From positions 1 through 27,084 of the forward strand of contig JBBRVV010000001.1 of assembly GCA_038246525.1 (NCBI GenBank): a stretch of 27,084 bases of DNA. Reading direction: 5' to 3'. How positions within the stretch are numbered: the first letter of the stretch is position 1; each line of letters starts with the position of its first letter. The notes beneath the pieces are model-generated. The model was not told where the DNA came from and did not search any database. It saw only the letters and a program-made list of their open reading frames with translations. Below, one piece after another: positions 18,284 through 25,825 of this stretch. This stretch comes from Pseudanabaenales cyanobacterium. GTDB taxonomy: Bacteria > Cyanobacteriota > Cyanobacteriia > Pseudanabaenales > Pseudanabaenaceae. The position numbers and the translations under genes are program-made.

Positions 18284-19681
18284 TCATACTTTGTTCTCAG
18301 TATTTACAGCTTTATGTGCGGCTTTGACGATCAAACGTAAATTATTAGAGGGTGCAAGGGTAACGCCTCTGCGAGTAGGCTTCACGGCTTCAAGATCGGC
18401 TAGCTCAAGCTGGAATTGAGTGAGAACTGTCGCCAAAACTAACTTCATTTCAAATAGTGCAAACATCATCCCTAGACAACGGCGAGTGCCACCGCCAAAG
18501 GGCATAAATTCATAGGGAGTAAACTGTCGCTCTAGGAAGCGTTCGGGGCGAAAGGTTTTGGGTTCAGGATAAAGGTCTGGACGATGGTGCAACGCATAAA
18601 TGCAGGGTGCTAAGTAACTGCCAGCTTCAAACTGATAGTCCAAAATTTGGCTTGTCTCTCTTAGGACACGGGGGAACGCCAACATTGCAATAGGATAGAT
18701 GCGTAAGGTTTCATTACAAACAGCAGCTAGGTAGGGCAGTTGATTAATCGCGGTTGGTTCAGGATTTTTGCCTAAACTTTGGAGCTCCTCGATTAAGCGA
18801 TCGCGAATTTGAGGCTGTTGGTGAATCCAATAAAATGCCCAAGCCAAAGCGGAGGCGGTGGTTTCGTGTCCTGCTACCAAGAGGGAAATTAGATCATCCC
18901 GCAGTTCTATGTCACTTAGGGTCTCTCCTGCTTCATCTTTCGCTGCCATCAGTAGGCTGAGAATATCGGTGCGAGTTTGCGAAATTGCTTGGGATTCTTG
19001 TCGGCGTGATTGAATTTCAGCATAAATCAACTGATCTATTTGCTGCGATCGCGCTAAAAATTGTCCCCAAGGACTCCAACTGCCTAAGTCTTTTTGCAAA
19101 ATTGGCAGAAACAGAAAACTAATCTGCCAAGGGGAACTCAGACCTTCTAAAAGCTGACTGAGCAGCAGCTTAAGCCCCTGATAGCGCCGTTTTTGCTCGA
19201 CATTTTCGGCATTTTCACTCAAACCAAAGACAGCTTCTAAAATGATGCGCAGGGAAATTTCCTGCATGGCTGGACGAACTGCAAAGGGTCTACCAATTGG
19301 CTGTTGAGCGATCGCTTCGGTGGCAGTTTGACAGATCATATCGGCATAGGCTTTCATCCGATCACCATGAAAAGGAGGTATAAGCAAGCGTCTTTGCTTT
19401 TGATGGCGTTCTCCATCCTGCATCATCACCGAAAAATCACCCAACAAAGGTTTCAAAATCCCATTGCCTTTGCCACTATCAAATAGCTTGTTGTCGTTAT
19501 TAAAAACCTCTTGCAGTAATTGGGGATTGGAGATCAAAATAAACGGTGGAAAGTTAACAAAATTTGCTTTGATTACATCGCCATATTTGGCAGCATTAGT
19601 TTCTAGGTAGGAGAGGGGATCAATAATCCAGTTATACATCTGGAATGAAGGTAGAGTCTTTGGCCCATTTAGCAATTTCAT
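18284..19681 (-). CDS. Cytochrome P450 (CYP110-like)
   Basis: AGHETT I-helix, ETLR (ExxR), FRPERF, FGGGTRRCLG heme-ligand motif; N-terminus resembles cyanobacterial CYP110 enzymes (subfamily is an inference). Confidence 0.95.
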   Translation of the reverse strand: MKLLNGPKTLPSFQMYNWIIDPLSYLETNAAKYGDVIKANFVNFPPFILISNPQLLQEVFNNDNKLFDSGKGNGILKPLLGDFSVMMQDGERHQKQRRLLIPPFHGDRMKAYADMICQTATEAIAQQPIGRPFAVRPAMQEISLRIILEAVFGLSENAENVEQKRRYQGLKLLLSQLLEGLSSPWQISFLFLPILQKDLGSWSPWGQFLARSQQIDQLIYAEIQSRRQESQAISQTRTDILSLLMAAKDEAGETLSDIELRDDLISLLVAGHETTASALAWAFYWIHQQPQIRDRLIEELQSLGKNPEPTAINQLPYLAAVCNETLRIYPIAMLAFPRVLRETSQILDYQFEAGSYLAPCIYALHHRPDLYPEPKTFRPERFLERQFTPYEFMPFGGGTRRCLGMMFALFEMKLVLATVLTQFQLELADLEAVKPTRRGVTLAPSNNLRLIVKAAHKAVNTENKV

Positions 19682-20040
19682 AAATTCTCTGCCATGTCTA
19701 TTACTTGCTGATAACGTAATTGTTCGAGCGAGCGATCGCCATATACCGCTTCTATTTGGTCAAAGCAACAATCGATGGCAAATTCAGCAAATTCTTCAGC
19801 CGCTACACCATACATATCTGCAAAAATCTCAGGTTCTACCCGACAAAATCTGGGGCGATCGCCGTAAATGTTACAAGTACGATTTAGCGGATTAAAATTA
19901 ACACACCAACCATCTGCGCCAACCATACTCAAATACTGCACGAGTTCAGCTGGAGTAAGATACTGATCTAAGTCTGGGCGATCGCTCGGATCGAGATGAC
20001 AGCAGGCCCCACATCGCTCAATACAAGTCCAAGTCGCCAT
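19678..20040 (-). CDS. YkgJ/UPF0153 family cysteine-cluster protein
   Basis: CIERCGACC, WCV...TCNIYGDRPRFCR, DCC pattern; its stop overlaps the P450 start (ATGA). Confidence 0.88.
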   Translation of the reverse strand: MATWTCIERCGACCHLDPSDRPDLDQYLTPAELVQYLSMVGADGWCVNFNPLNRTCNIYGDRPRFCRVEPEIFADMYGVAAEEFAEFAIDCCFDQIEAVYGDRSLEQLRYQQVIDMAENL

Positions 20041-20047
20041 ATCTTTT

Positions 20048-21562
20048 ATGTCTAGTATCTCTCTTTCACAACACTATCACGAACGCACTAAGTACGACCC
20101 AGACTCATTGGCGGCTAAGTCTAAGGGGCTAGATTGGTCAACCCAACCAAGTATATATAAACATTACAAAATTGGCACAGTTTACGATCTTAAAATTTAT
20201 CTAAAAGATACCTGGCAGTTGGAAGACGAGAGCCTATTAGCACCCCAATGGCGGCGACTTTCCAAACTTTTGCTCTGCACCTATGGATTGACTGCACGCA
20301 TGGCGACTACGGGTGGTGAAGCTTTGTATTTGCGGGCGGCTCCCTCAGCAGGAGGATTATATCCAGCCGAAATTTACTTGATCTCGGCGGGTACGCCACT
20401 TTTGCCCGAAGGGTTGTATCACTATCAGCCCCAAGACCATACGCTGACTCAGTTTTGGCAAAATAAAGATGCTTGGTTAAACTTGAAGTTGGCTTGTTTT
20501 CATCATCCTGCCCTGAGTATTTCAAGGTTGGCGATCGCTACTTCAGCAATTTTTCAGCGATCGGTTTGGCGCTACCAGGATCGGGCATATCGCCGCATTT
20601 TTTTGGATACAGGTCATCTTTTGGGCAATTTAGAGTTAGCCTGCGCAATCCATGATTTTCGACCCTACGCGATCGGCGGCTTTCAGGATGAAGAAATCAA
20701 TCAAATGTTGTTTTTGGATCAAGAGAAAGAGGGAGTGACCGCGATCTTACCGCTTCAAGATTTGCGCGACCAGTCCCAACGTCAACCTCAAACCTACTGG
20801 ACTGCCCTAGCCTCTCCTACTACGACTAACTACGATCGAATTCCTGAAGGTTATCTCTTAGAAAAACTCCACTTTGCCAGTCAAATCACCAGCTTAATTT
20901 CGCCAGGCAAGCCTGAAGAGACGGATAAATATAATTTTCCTTTTTGTCCTAAAGAATCCGTGGTGGCGGCTGAGTCTATCTATTGGGGCGATCGCTTAGA
21001 AGAGCTAGAGAATACTATTTTGCGCCGTCGTTCCACCCGTGCCTATACTGGTGCAGGAATTGATTTTGGCGATTTGGTGGCTTTGCTAGACTTCACCTAT
21101 CAGTCACAAAACTTTGATGACCAAGGGTTAGATCCGCATCCTGACTATTTTGCTCCAGGCTCAATTCAAACATTCCTGGCAGTTTCGAGCGTGGCTGGGC
21201 TAGAGGATGGCTGTTATTACTACTCACCTGAGTCAGAAGAGTTGCGCCAGATTCGGTTCAAAAATTTTCGCCAAGAGTTGCATTATCTTTGTTTAGGACA
21301 AGACTTAGGGCGAGATGCGGCGGTGGTTTTGTTCCATACGGCAGATTTACAAAAGGCGGTTTCACTTTATGGCGATCGCGCTTACCGTTATTTGCATCTT
21401 GATGCGGGACACTTAGGACAAAGGCTAAACCTGGCAGCTACTCAACTGGGTCTGGGCGTTAGTGGCATTGCTGGATTTTTTGACGACCAAGTAAATGAAG
21501 TTCTGGGCATTCCTAGCGAAGAAGCGGTGATTTACATTACTACTTTGGGGCAATCGGGCTAA
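20048..21562 (+). CDS. SagB/ThcOx family FMN-dependent oxidoreductase with two nitroreductase-fold domains
   Basis: YHERTKY, LRAAPSAGGLYPAEIY, YRRIFLDTGH; second domain RRRSTRAY and YRYLHLDAGHLGQRLNLAA. Confidence 0.9.
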   Translation: MSSISLSQHYHERTKYDPDSLAAKSKGLDWSTQPSIYKHYKIGTVYDLKIYLKDTWQLEDESLLAPQWRRLSKLLLCTYGLTARMATTGGEALYLRAAPSAGGLYPAEIYLISAGTPLLPEGLYHYQPQDHTLTQFWQNKDAWLNLKLACFHHPALSISRLAIATSAIFQRSVWRYQDRAYRRIFLDTGHLLGNLELACAIHDFRPYAIGGFQDEEINQMLFLDQEKEGVTAILPLQDLRDQSQRQPQTYWTALASPTTTNYDRIPEGYLLEKLHFASQITSLISPGKPEETDKYNFPFCPKESVVAAESIYWGDRLEELENTILRRRSTRAYTGAGIDFGDLVALLDFTYQSQNFDDQGLDPHPDYFAPGSIQTFLAVSSVAGLEDGCYYYSPESEELRQIRFKNFRQELHYLCLGQDLGRDAAVVLFHTADLQKAVSLYGDRAYRYLHLDAGHLGQRLNLAATQLGLGVSGIAGFFDDQVNEVLGIPSEEAVIYITTLGQSG

Positions 21563-21573
21563 GATAATTGACC

Positions 21574-21678
21574 TACAGTACTCTGATTTCAAACTCGCTA
21601 CAAAAAGGGTCGCAGGGCGAAGCCCCGTTATGGTTTTTATTTTTCTAAATGTGTCACGTTTGACCGTGATTTGCTATA
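21574..21678. mobile_element. Candidate small non-autonomous repeat element (MITE/REP-like)
   Basis: 105-bp intergenic segment from TACAGT to GCTATA (imperfect inverted ends) with a central gggcGAAgccc hairpin; only one full copy is visible in the window. Confidence 0.3.
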
Positions 21679-21981
21679 AATTAGACATATATAATATTTT
21701 TACTAAAGAATAAGCTTCTGTCTCAGATGTAACCAAAAGAATCATGATTAAAATCAAAACTAAATGGAAGATTTGAGAATCCCAACTCGATCTAGATTTC
21801 GCTAAAAACTAATATCTGTAAAACTTGAGAACTGAAATAATAAAAAGAGAATCGCCCAAACAGTTAAAATTTAGCTGGCAATTAATTCATAGGTAAAATT
21901 GAACGCCGACTCAAGAATAAAGTGCAGGATGTTCTCAAGAAAGTTATAAAAATAACATCTTTGCAGTGATTGATTTTGCTG

Positions 21982-21987
21982 TATAAT
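21982..21987 (+). promoter_or_regulatory. Candidate -10 element of the orphan gene pair
   Basis: Perfect TATAAT 35 nt upstream of ATG 22023. Confidence 0.4.
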
Positions 21988-22022
21988 TTTCGGTGAAGAT
22001 ACAAACTTAAAGGTTTTATTTT

Positions 22023-22565
22023 ATGTCTACAGTAGTCAGCGAATCAGTAAAATCTGCGTTGCCCCAGTCTAAAGCAACTCTGACTACAAATATCTTTTCC
22101 TCTAGCTTTTACTTAAAGAAAATCATTTCTCTAATTTTAGTTTTGGTAATGCTTATGTCTTGCCCTACAGATGCGCTTGCAAACAGTACTACTATCAACG
22201 TAACTCAAAATGCCGAAAGAATTGAAAACAATAACCATGAGGGTGAATCTATTTTTACTTTCATAGCTGGCACTATTATTGGTGCAGTTAGCGGCGGAGT
22301 AAGTTCTATAGTTCTTGTTGCGAATGCAGGCATGGTTGAAGGATTAAGTGCTGCTGGTATCACTTCTGGCTTAGATGCTGTTGGATTGATTGTTGGCGGC
22401 GGAATAGCTGCTGGTCTAGCGGTTGCCGCAGCATTACCTGTCATTGTTATTGGTACCGTCGCCATTGGCGGAGCAACTGTATACGCTGCCAAAGTGGTAC
22501 TGGAATCTTTCAATCCACAGGAAAGCCCAAACACTAGTAAGATTTCAGGATCTAATGGTTCATAA
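22023..22565 (+). CDS. Hypothetical exported/membrane protein with a Gly/Ala-rich hydrophobic domain
   Basis: KK, hydrophobic core and ALA signal peptide; about 80-aa hydrophobic stretch with many GxxxG motifs (GTIIG, GAVSG, GITSG, GLIVG, GIAAG). Confidence 0.7.
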   Translation: MSTVVSESVKSALPQSKATLTTNIFSSSFYLKKIISLILVLVMLMSCPTDALANSTTINVTQNAERIENNNHEGESIFTFIAGTIIGAVSGGVSSIVLVANAGMVEGLSAAGITSGLDAVGLIVGGGIAAGLAVAAALPVIVIGTVAIGGATVYAAKVVLESFNPQESPNTSKISGSNGS

Positions 22566-22611
22566 ATTATTATGCCAAGTCGAAATCATTTTAGATGGGG
22601 AATTTTAGCTT

Positions 22612-23058
22612 ATGCTTCTTTCTAAAGTTTGTAGAGTCCTGTACGCATTCTTAATTTTTCTTGGAGCAGTTACCTTTGCACCCAATTGCGTTAATGCTTT
22701 GCAAATTAATACTCTTAATCAGAATGCTAAAACTATCATAAACTGTAACCGTGAAGGATTTCTAAATTTGGGAAATTCTGACTGCGCTCCCAATTTGCAA
22801 ATTGATAACCACCAAGAAAGGAATTTAACGGTAACTAATTTAGCTAAGGCTGAAGACTCAATCTTAAGAACAGAAAAACAAATTCCTGCTTCTATTCCAG
22901 AAAGTAATCCTCTCAGTGGTTTATTATTAGGTGCTTCAGTTACTTCCATGGGATTCTTAACTTTTAATTGGGTAGTGAAAAAGCTGTTTCCATCTAAGCC
23001 ATCAGATGGATTAAAAGAGCGTATAGAAGTCTTGGAAACTATTGTTACTAAAGATTGA
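22612..23058 (+). CDS. Hypothetical single-pass membrane protein
   Basis: N-terminal signal-like segment, two Cys in the predicted extracytoplasmic part, IPESNP followed by a TM segment and KK, then a short C-terminal tail. Confidence 0.6.
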   Translation: MLLSKVCRVLYAFLIFLGAVTFAPNCVNALQINTLNQNAKTIINCNREGFLNLGNSDCAPNLQIDNHQERNLTVTNLAKAEDSILRTEKQIPASIPESNPLSGLLLGASVTSMGFLTFNWVVKKLFPSKPSDGLKERIEVLETIVTKD

Positions 23059-23158
23059 GCATCAATTTTAAGACTTAAGCTTTTATCTAAAGACAAAAAA
23101 ACCAGGTAAGTTCAGTGAAAATGAAGAATGAAACTCACTTTTACGGAAGCTGATTGGG

Positions 23159-24007
23159 ATGAATAAGTCACAGGCGATCGCTTACTTAGGTCCAGTGGGA
23201 ACCTATTCCGAATTAGCAGCATGGGGTTATGTGCAGCATTTTTGTAGCGGAAGTTCACCCGATCTAGTGCCATATCCGACTATTCCCCAGGCGATTCAAG
23301 CGGTAGTCAGAGGAAAGCAACATTTAGCGATCGTGCCCGCCGAAAATTCAATTCAAGGCAGCGTAACCATGACCCTAGATACTGTTTGGGAATTGGAGGG
23401 TTTGCAAATTCAGCAGGCTTTGGTTTTGCCGATCAAAAATGCCTTGCTAAGTAATTGCCAAGATTTGAGTAAGATTTCGGCGGTTTATTCTCATCCCCAA
23501 CCCCTAGCACAATGTCAAAATTGGTTAGATCAAAATCTGCCCCAAGCTCAACAAATTGCCACCAATTCCACGGTTGAAGGAGTCCAGGCAGCCAAACAGA
23601 ATCCTAATTTTGCGGCGATCGCTTCACCTAGAGCCGCCAAAATGTATCAATTACCAGTTGTAGTTTGTCCGATCAATGACCATCCTGATAATTGCACCCG
23701 CTTTTGGGTAATGGGAATCACCGTGCCAACTATTTCTGGCACCCATACTTCCATTGCTTTTAGTTTGAAGAAAAATATGCCTGGAGCCTTAGTCAAAACC
23801 TTGGCAATATTTGCGGAGCGGGAAATAAATTTAAGTAGAATTGAGTCTCGACCCACCAAGAAATCCTTGGGTGATTATATTTTTTTTGCAGATGCCGAAG
23901 CTTCCCTAGCAGAGTCAAGAATGCAGGAAGTAATCTTGGCGTTGGCAGATATCACCGAAAAGTTAAGCGTATTTGGCAGCTATGGGATTACAGCGATCGC
24001 TGGTTAA
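23159..24007 (+). CDS. pheA: Prephenate dehydratase
   Basis: YLGPVGTYSE, PAENSIQGSV, SHPQPLAQC, NCTRF, ACT domain NLSRIESRP. Confidence 0.97.
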   Translation: MNKSQAIAYLGPVGTYSELAAWGYVQHFCSGSSPDLVPYPTIPQAIQAVVRGKQHLAIVPAENSIQGSVTMTLDTVWELEGLQIQQALVLPIKNALLSNCQDLSKISAVYSHPQPLAQCQNWLDQNLPQAQQIATNSTVEGVQAAKQNPNFAAIASPRAAKMYQLPVVVCPINDHPDNCTRFWVMGITVPTISGTHTSIAFSLKKNMPGALVKTLAIFAEREINLSRIESRPTKKSLGDYIFFADAEASLAESRMQEVILALADITEKLSVFGSYGITAIAG

Positions 24008-24116
24008 GCAGGTGATTGGCAATCAACTTCATCTTTGTTAAGATAGATTGCCAAGGGGATGAAATTTAATCTGCATCTTCTAGGTCAATCAGTGACTAAA
24101 TCCAAGGCGAAACGTA

Positions 24117-24398
24117 ATGTCTACCGAAACAATTGAACGCACCTCAACCGTTAGAAAAATTGCGCCCCGCTACCGCGTACTTTTACACAATGACGACTTT
24201 AATCCTATGGAGCACGTCGTCCGCAGCTTAATCGAAGTAGTGAATAGTTTGACCCAGCCCCAGGCAGTCGATATTATGATGGAAGCCCACGCCAATGGTC
24301 TTGCGCTGGTGATTACCTGTGTGCAAGAACACGCTGAGTTTTACTGTGAAGGCTTGAAAAGTAAGGGGTTGACCAGCACGATTGAGCCTGATGAATAG
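24117..24398 (+). CDS. clpS: ATP-dependent Clp protease adaptor ClpS
   Basis: RYRVLLHNDDFNPMEHVV, IMMEAH, EHAEFYCEGL. Confidence 0.96.
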   Translation: MSTETIERTSTVRKIAPRYRVLLHNDDFNPMEHVVRSLIEVVNSLTQPQAVDIMMEAHANGLALVITCVQEHAEFYCEGLKSKGLTSTIEPDE

Positions 24399-24400
24399 TC

Positions 24401-25219
24401 TTGACTTTAACTAATTGGCAAACTTGGCAAAAATTAGCGGCTCCTGCTAGATTGGCACTATTTTTGTTGGTTCTACTTTGCCTCTGGTTACCGATCGCTG
24501 CACCTGTGTATTTAATTTGGGGTGATTACTTTGGTACCGCTTTGATTGTGCTGGTATACCTGGAGTTTATTGCGCTGATTGGCTTTTGGGGCAGGTATGT
24601 AGAAAAGCAGCCGCAACCCTATGCTTATTACGGTTTAGTTAATAGTTGGCGCAACACCCAAGAATTATTAATTGGCTTAGCGATCGGCATTTTTAGCTTG
24701 GCGGTACTGATGGGCTTACAGTATGCTCTGGGCTGGCAGACGCTCCATTCCGAGGTGAATTGGCAGGCCGCAATTTTACCAGGCACCTTGACTGGGCTAG
24801 GCGTAGGTTTTGCGGAGGAATTGCTCTTTCGTGGTTGGATGTTGACCGAACTGCAACGAGACTATGGCGCTAATCGTGCCCATTGGTATAGTAGTTTAGT
24901 CTATGCTTTTTTACATTTTAATTTTATCAAACCTCTAGCTTTGCTCCTCGCAACCGCACCACAGTTTCCAGGGCTAGTGCTTCTTGGGCTGAATATGGCA
25001 GCAGCTAGACGAGTGGGAAAAGGCAGACTCGGATTAGCGATCGCAATTCATGGTGGCATGGTAAGCGCATACTATATTCTCTCAACAACTAAGCTTTTGC
25101 AGCCTAGCGGCGTAGTACCTGAGGTGATCACAGGCATCGGCGGCAATCCTTTAGCTGGGATTTTGGGATTAGGAATCTTGGGCTTACTTTTGCTAATTCT
25201 GCGGCGCTTAGGCAGTTAA
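24401..25219 (+). CDS. CPBP (CAAX/Abi) family intramembrane glutamic protease
   Basis: GFAEELLFRG, FLH and AIHGG motifs; multiple TM segments; TTG start 2 nt after the clpS stop. Confidence 0.9.
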   Translation: MTLTNWQTWQKLAAPARLALFLLVLLCLWLPIAAPVYLIWGDYFGTALIVLVYLEFIALIGFWGRYVEKQPQPYAYYGLVNSWRNTQELLIGLAIGIFSLAVLMGLQYALGWQTLHSEVNWQAAILPGTLTGLGVGFAEELLFRGWMLTELQRDYGANRAHWYSSLVYAFLHFNFIKPLALLLATAPQFPGLVLLGLNMAAARRVGKGRLGLAIAIHGGMVSAYYILSTTKLLQPSGVVPEVITGIGGNPLAGILGLGILGLLLLILRRLGS

Positions 25220-25231
25220 TTCTTTTATATT

Positions 25232-25759
25232 CTAGTTTTTCGGCCGAAATACCTGAATCACTTTCGCATTACATTCCAAAAAAGGCGCACCAATTAGATC
25301 CAAACAGTAGGGAATGGCGGGAAATACCGCAGACAGACATTCCTGAATTGATTTGGGTTTACCAGGTAGATTCACAATCAAAGCCTGACCTCTAATTCCT
25401 GCCGTTTGACGTGAAAGAATTGCGGTCGGTAAATATTTGAGTGAAACACTTCGCATCAATTCACCAAAGCCTGGCAGCATTTTTTCACATACTGCTGCGG
25501 TTGCTTCTGGCGTAACATCTCTGAGTGCGGGTCCAGTGCCACCAGTGGTGATTACCAAACAGCATTTTTCTTGATCTATTAATTCGATCAAGTTTTGTTC
25601 AATTGTGGTTTGATCATCTGGTATTAGCCGATAAACTGACTGCCAAGGGCTAAGGAGATATGACTTGAGCAAATCAGCGATCGCTTGACCTGAGAGATCT
25701 TGATATATGCCTGCACTGGCGCGATCGGAAGCGGTTAAAATAGCAATTTTGATCGTCAC
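25232..25759 (-). CDS. mog: Molybdopterin adenylyltransferase
   Basis: LTASDRAS.G.Y.D.SG, TTGGTGPALRDVTPEAT, PGFGELMR, SRQTAGIRG, NLPGKPK; GTG start. Confidence 0.95.
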   Translation of the reverse strand: MTIKIAILTASDRASAGIYQDLSGQAIADLLKSYLLSPWQSVYRLIPDDQTTIEQNLIELIDQEKCCLVITTGGTGPALRDVTPEATAAVCEKMLPGFGELMRSVSLKYLPTAILSRQTAGIRGQALIVNLPGKPKSIQECLSAVFPAIPYCLDLIGAPFLECNAKVIQVFRPKN

Positions 25760-25825
25760 GGCTATGATTTTAGAATAAGATTACCTAATTAACTCAATTT
25801 TTGCATATTACTTAGATTTTAGATT

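Noticed and set aside
8872-22565. RiPP (TOMM/microcin-like) cluster made of tldDE, P450, the SagB-type oxidase and the Gly-rich ORF
   Set aside because: The genes are scattered among unrelated housekeeping genes on both strands, there is no YcaO/cyclodehydratase, transporter or recognisable leader-core precursor, and TldDE and this SagB-type protein are widespread standalone genes
22205-23096. Minus-strand ORFs 22205-22534 and 22719-23096
   Set aside because: Antisense shadows; the plus-strand ORFs have signal peptides, TM segments and an upstream TATAAT
737-23859. Remaining short ORFs in the track that overlap assigned genes (e.g. 737-943, 1870-2160, 2865-3384, 3596-3799, 5578-5772, 7008-7196, 11888-12193, 12489-12671, 13909-14100, 15261-15482, 16332-16664, 17114-17341, 17505-18260, 18754-19486, 20307-20655, 22423-22608, 23647-23859)
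   Set aside because: All overlap better-supported CDSs on the opposite strand or in another frame and show no family motifs
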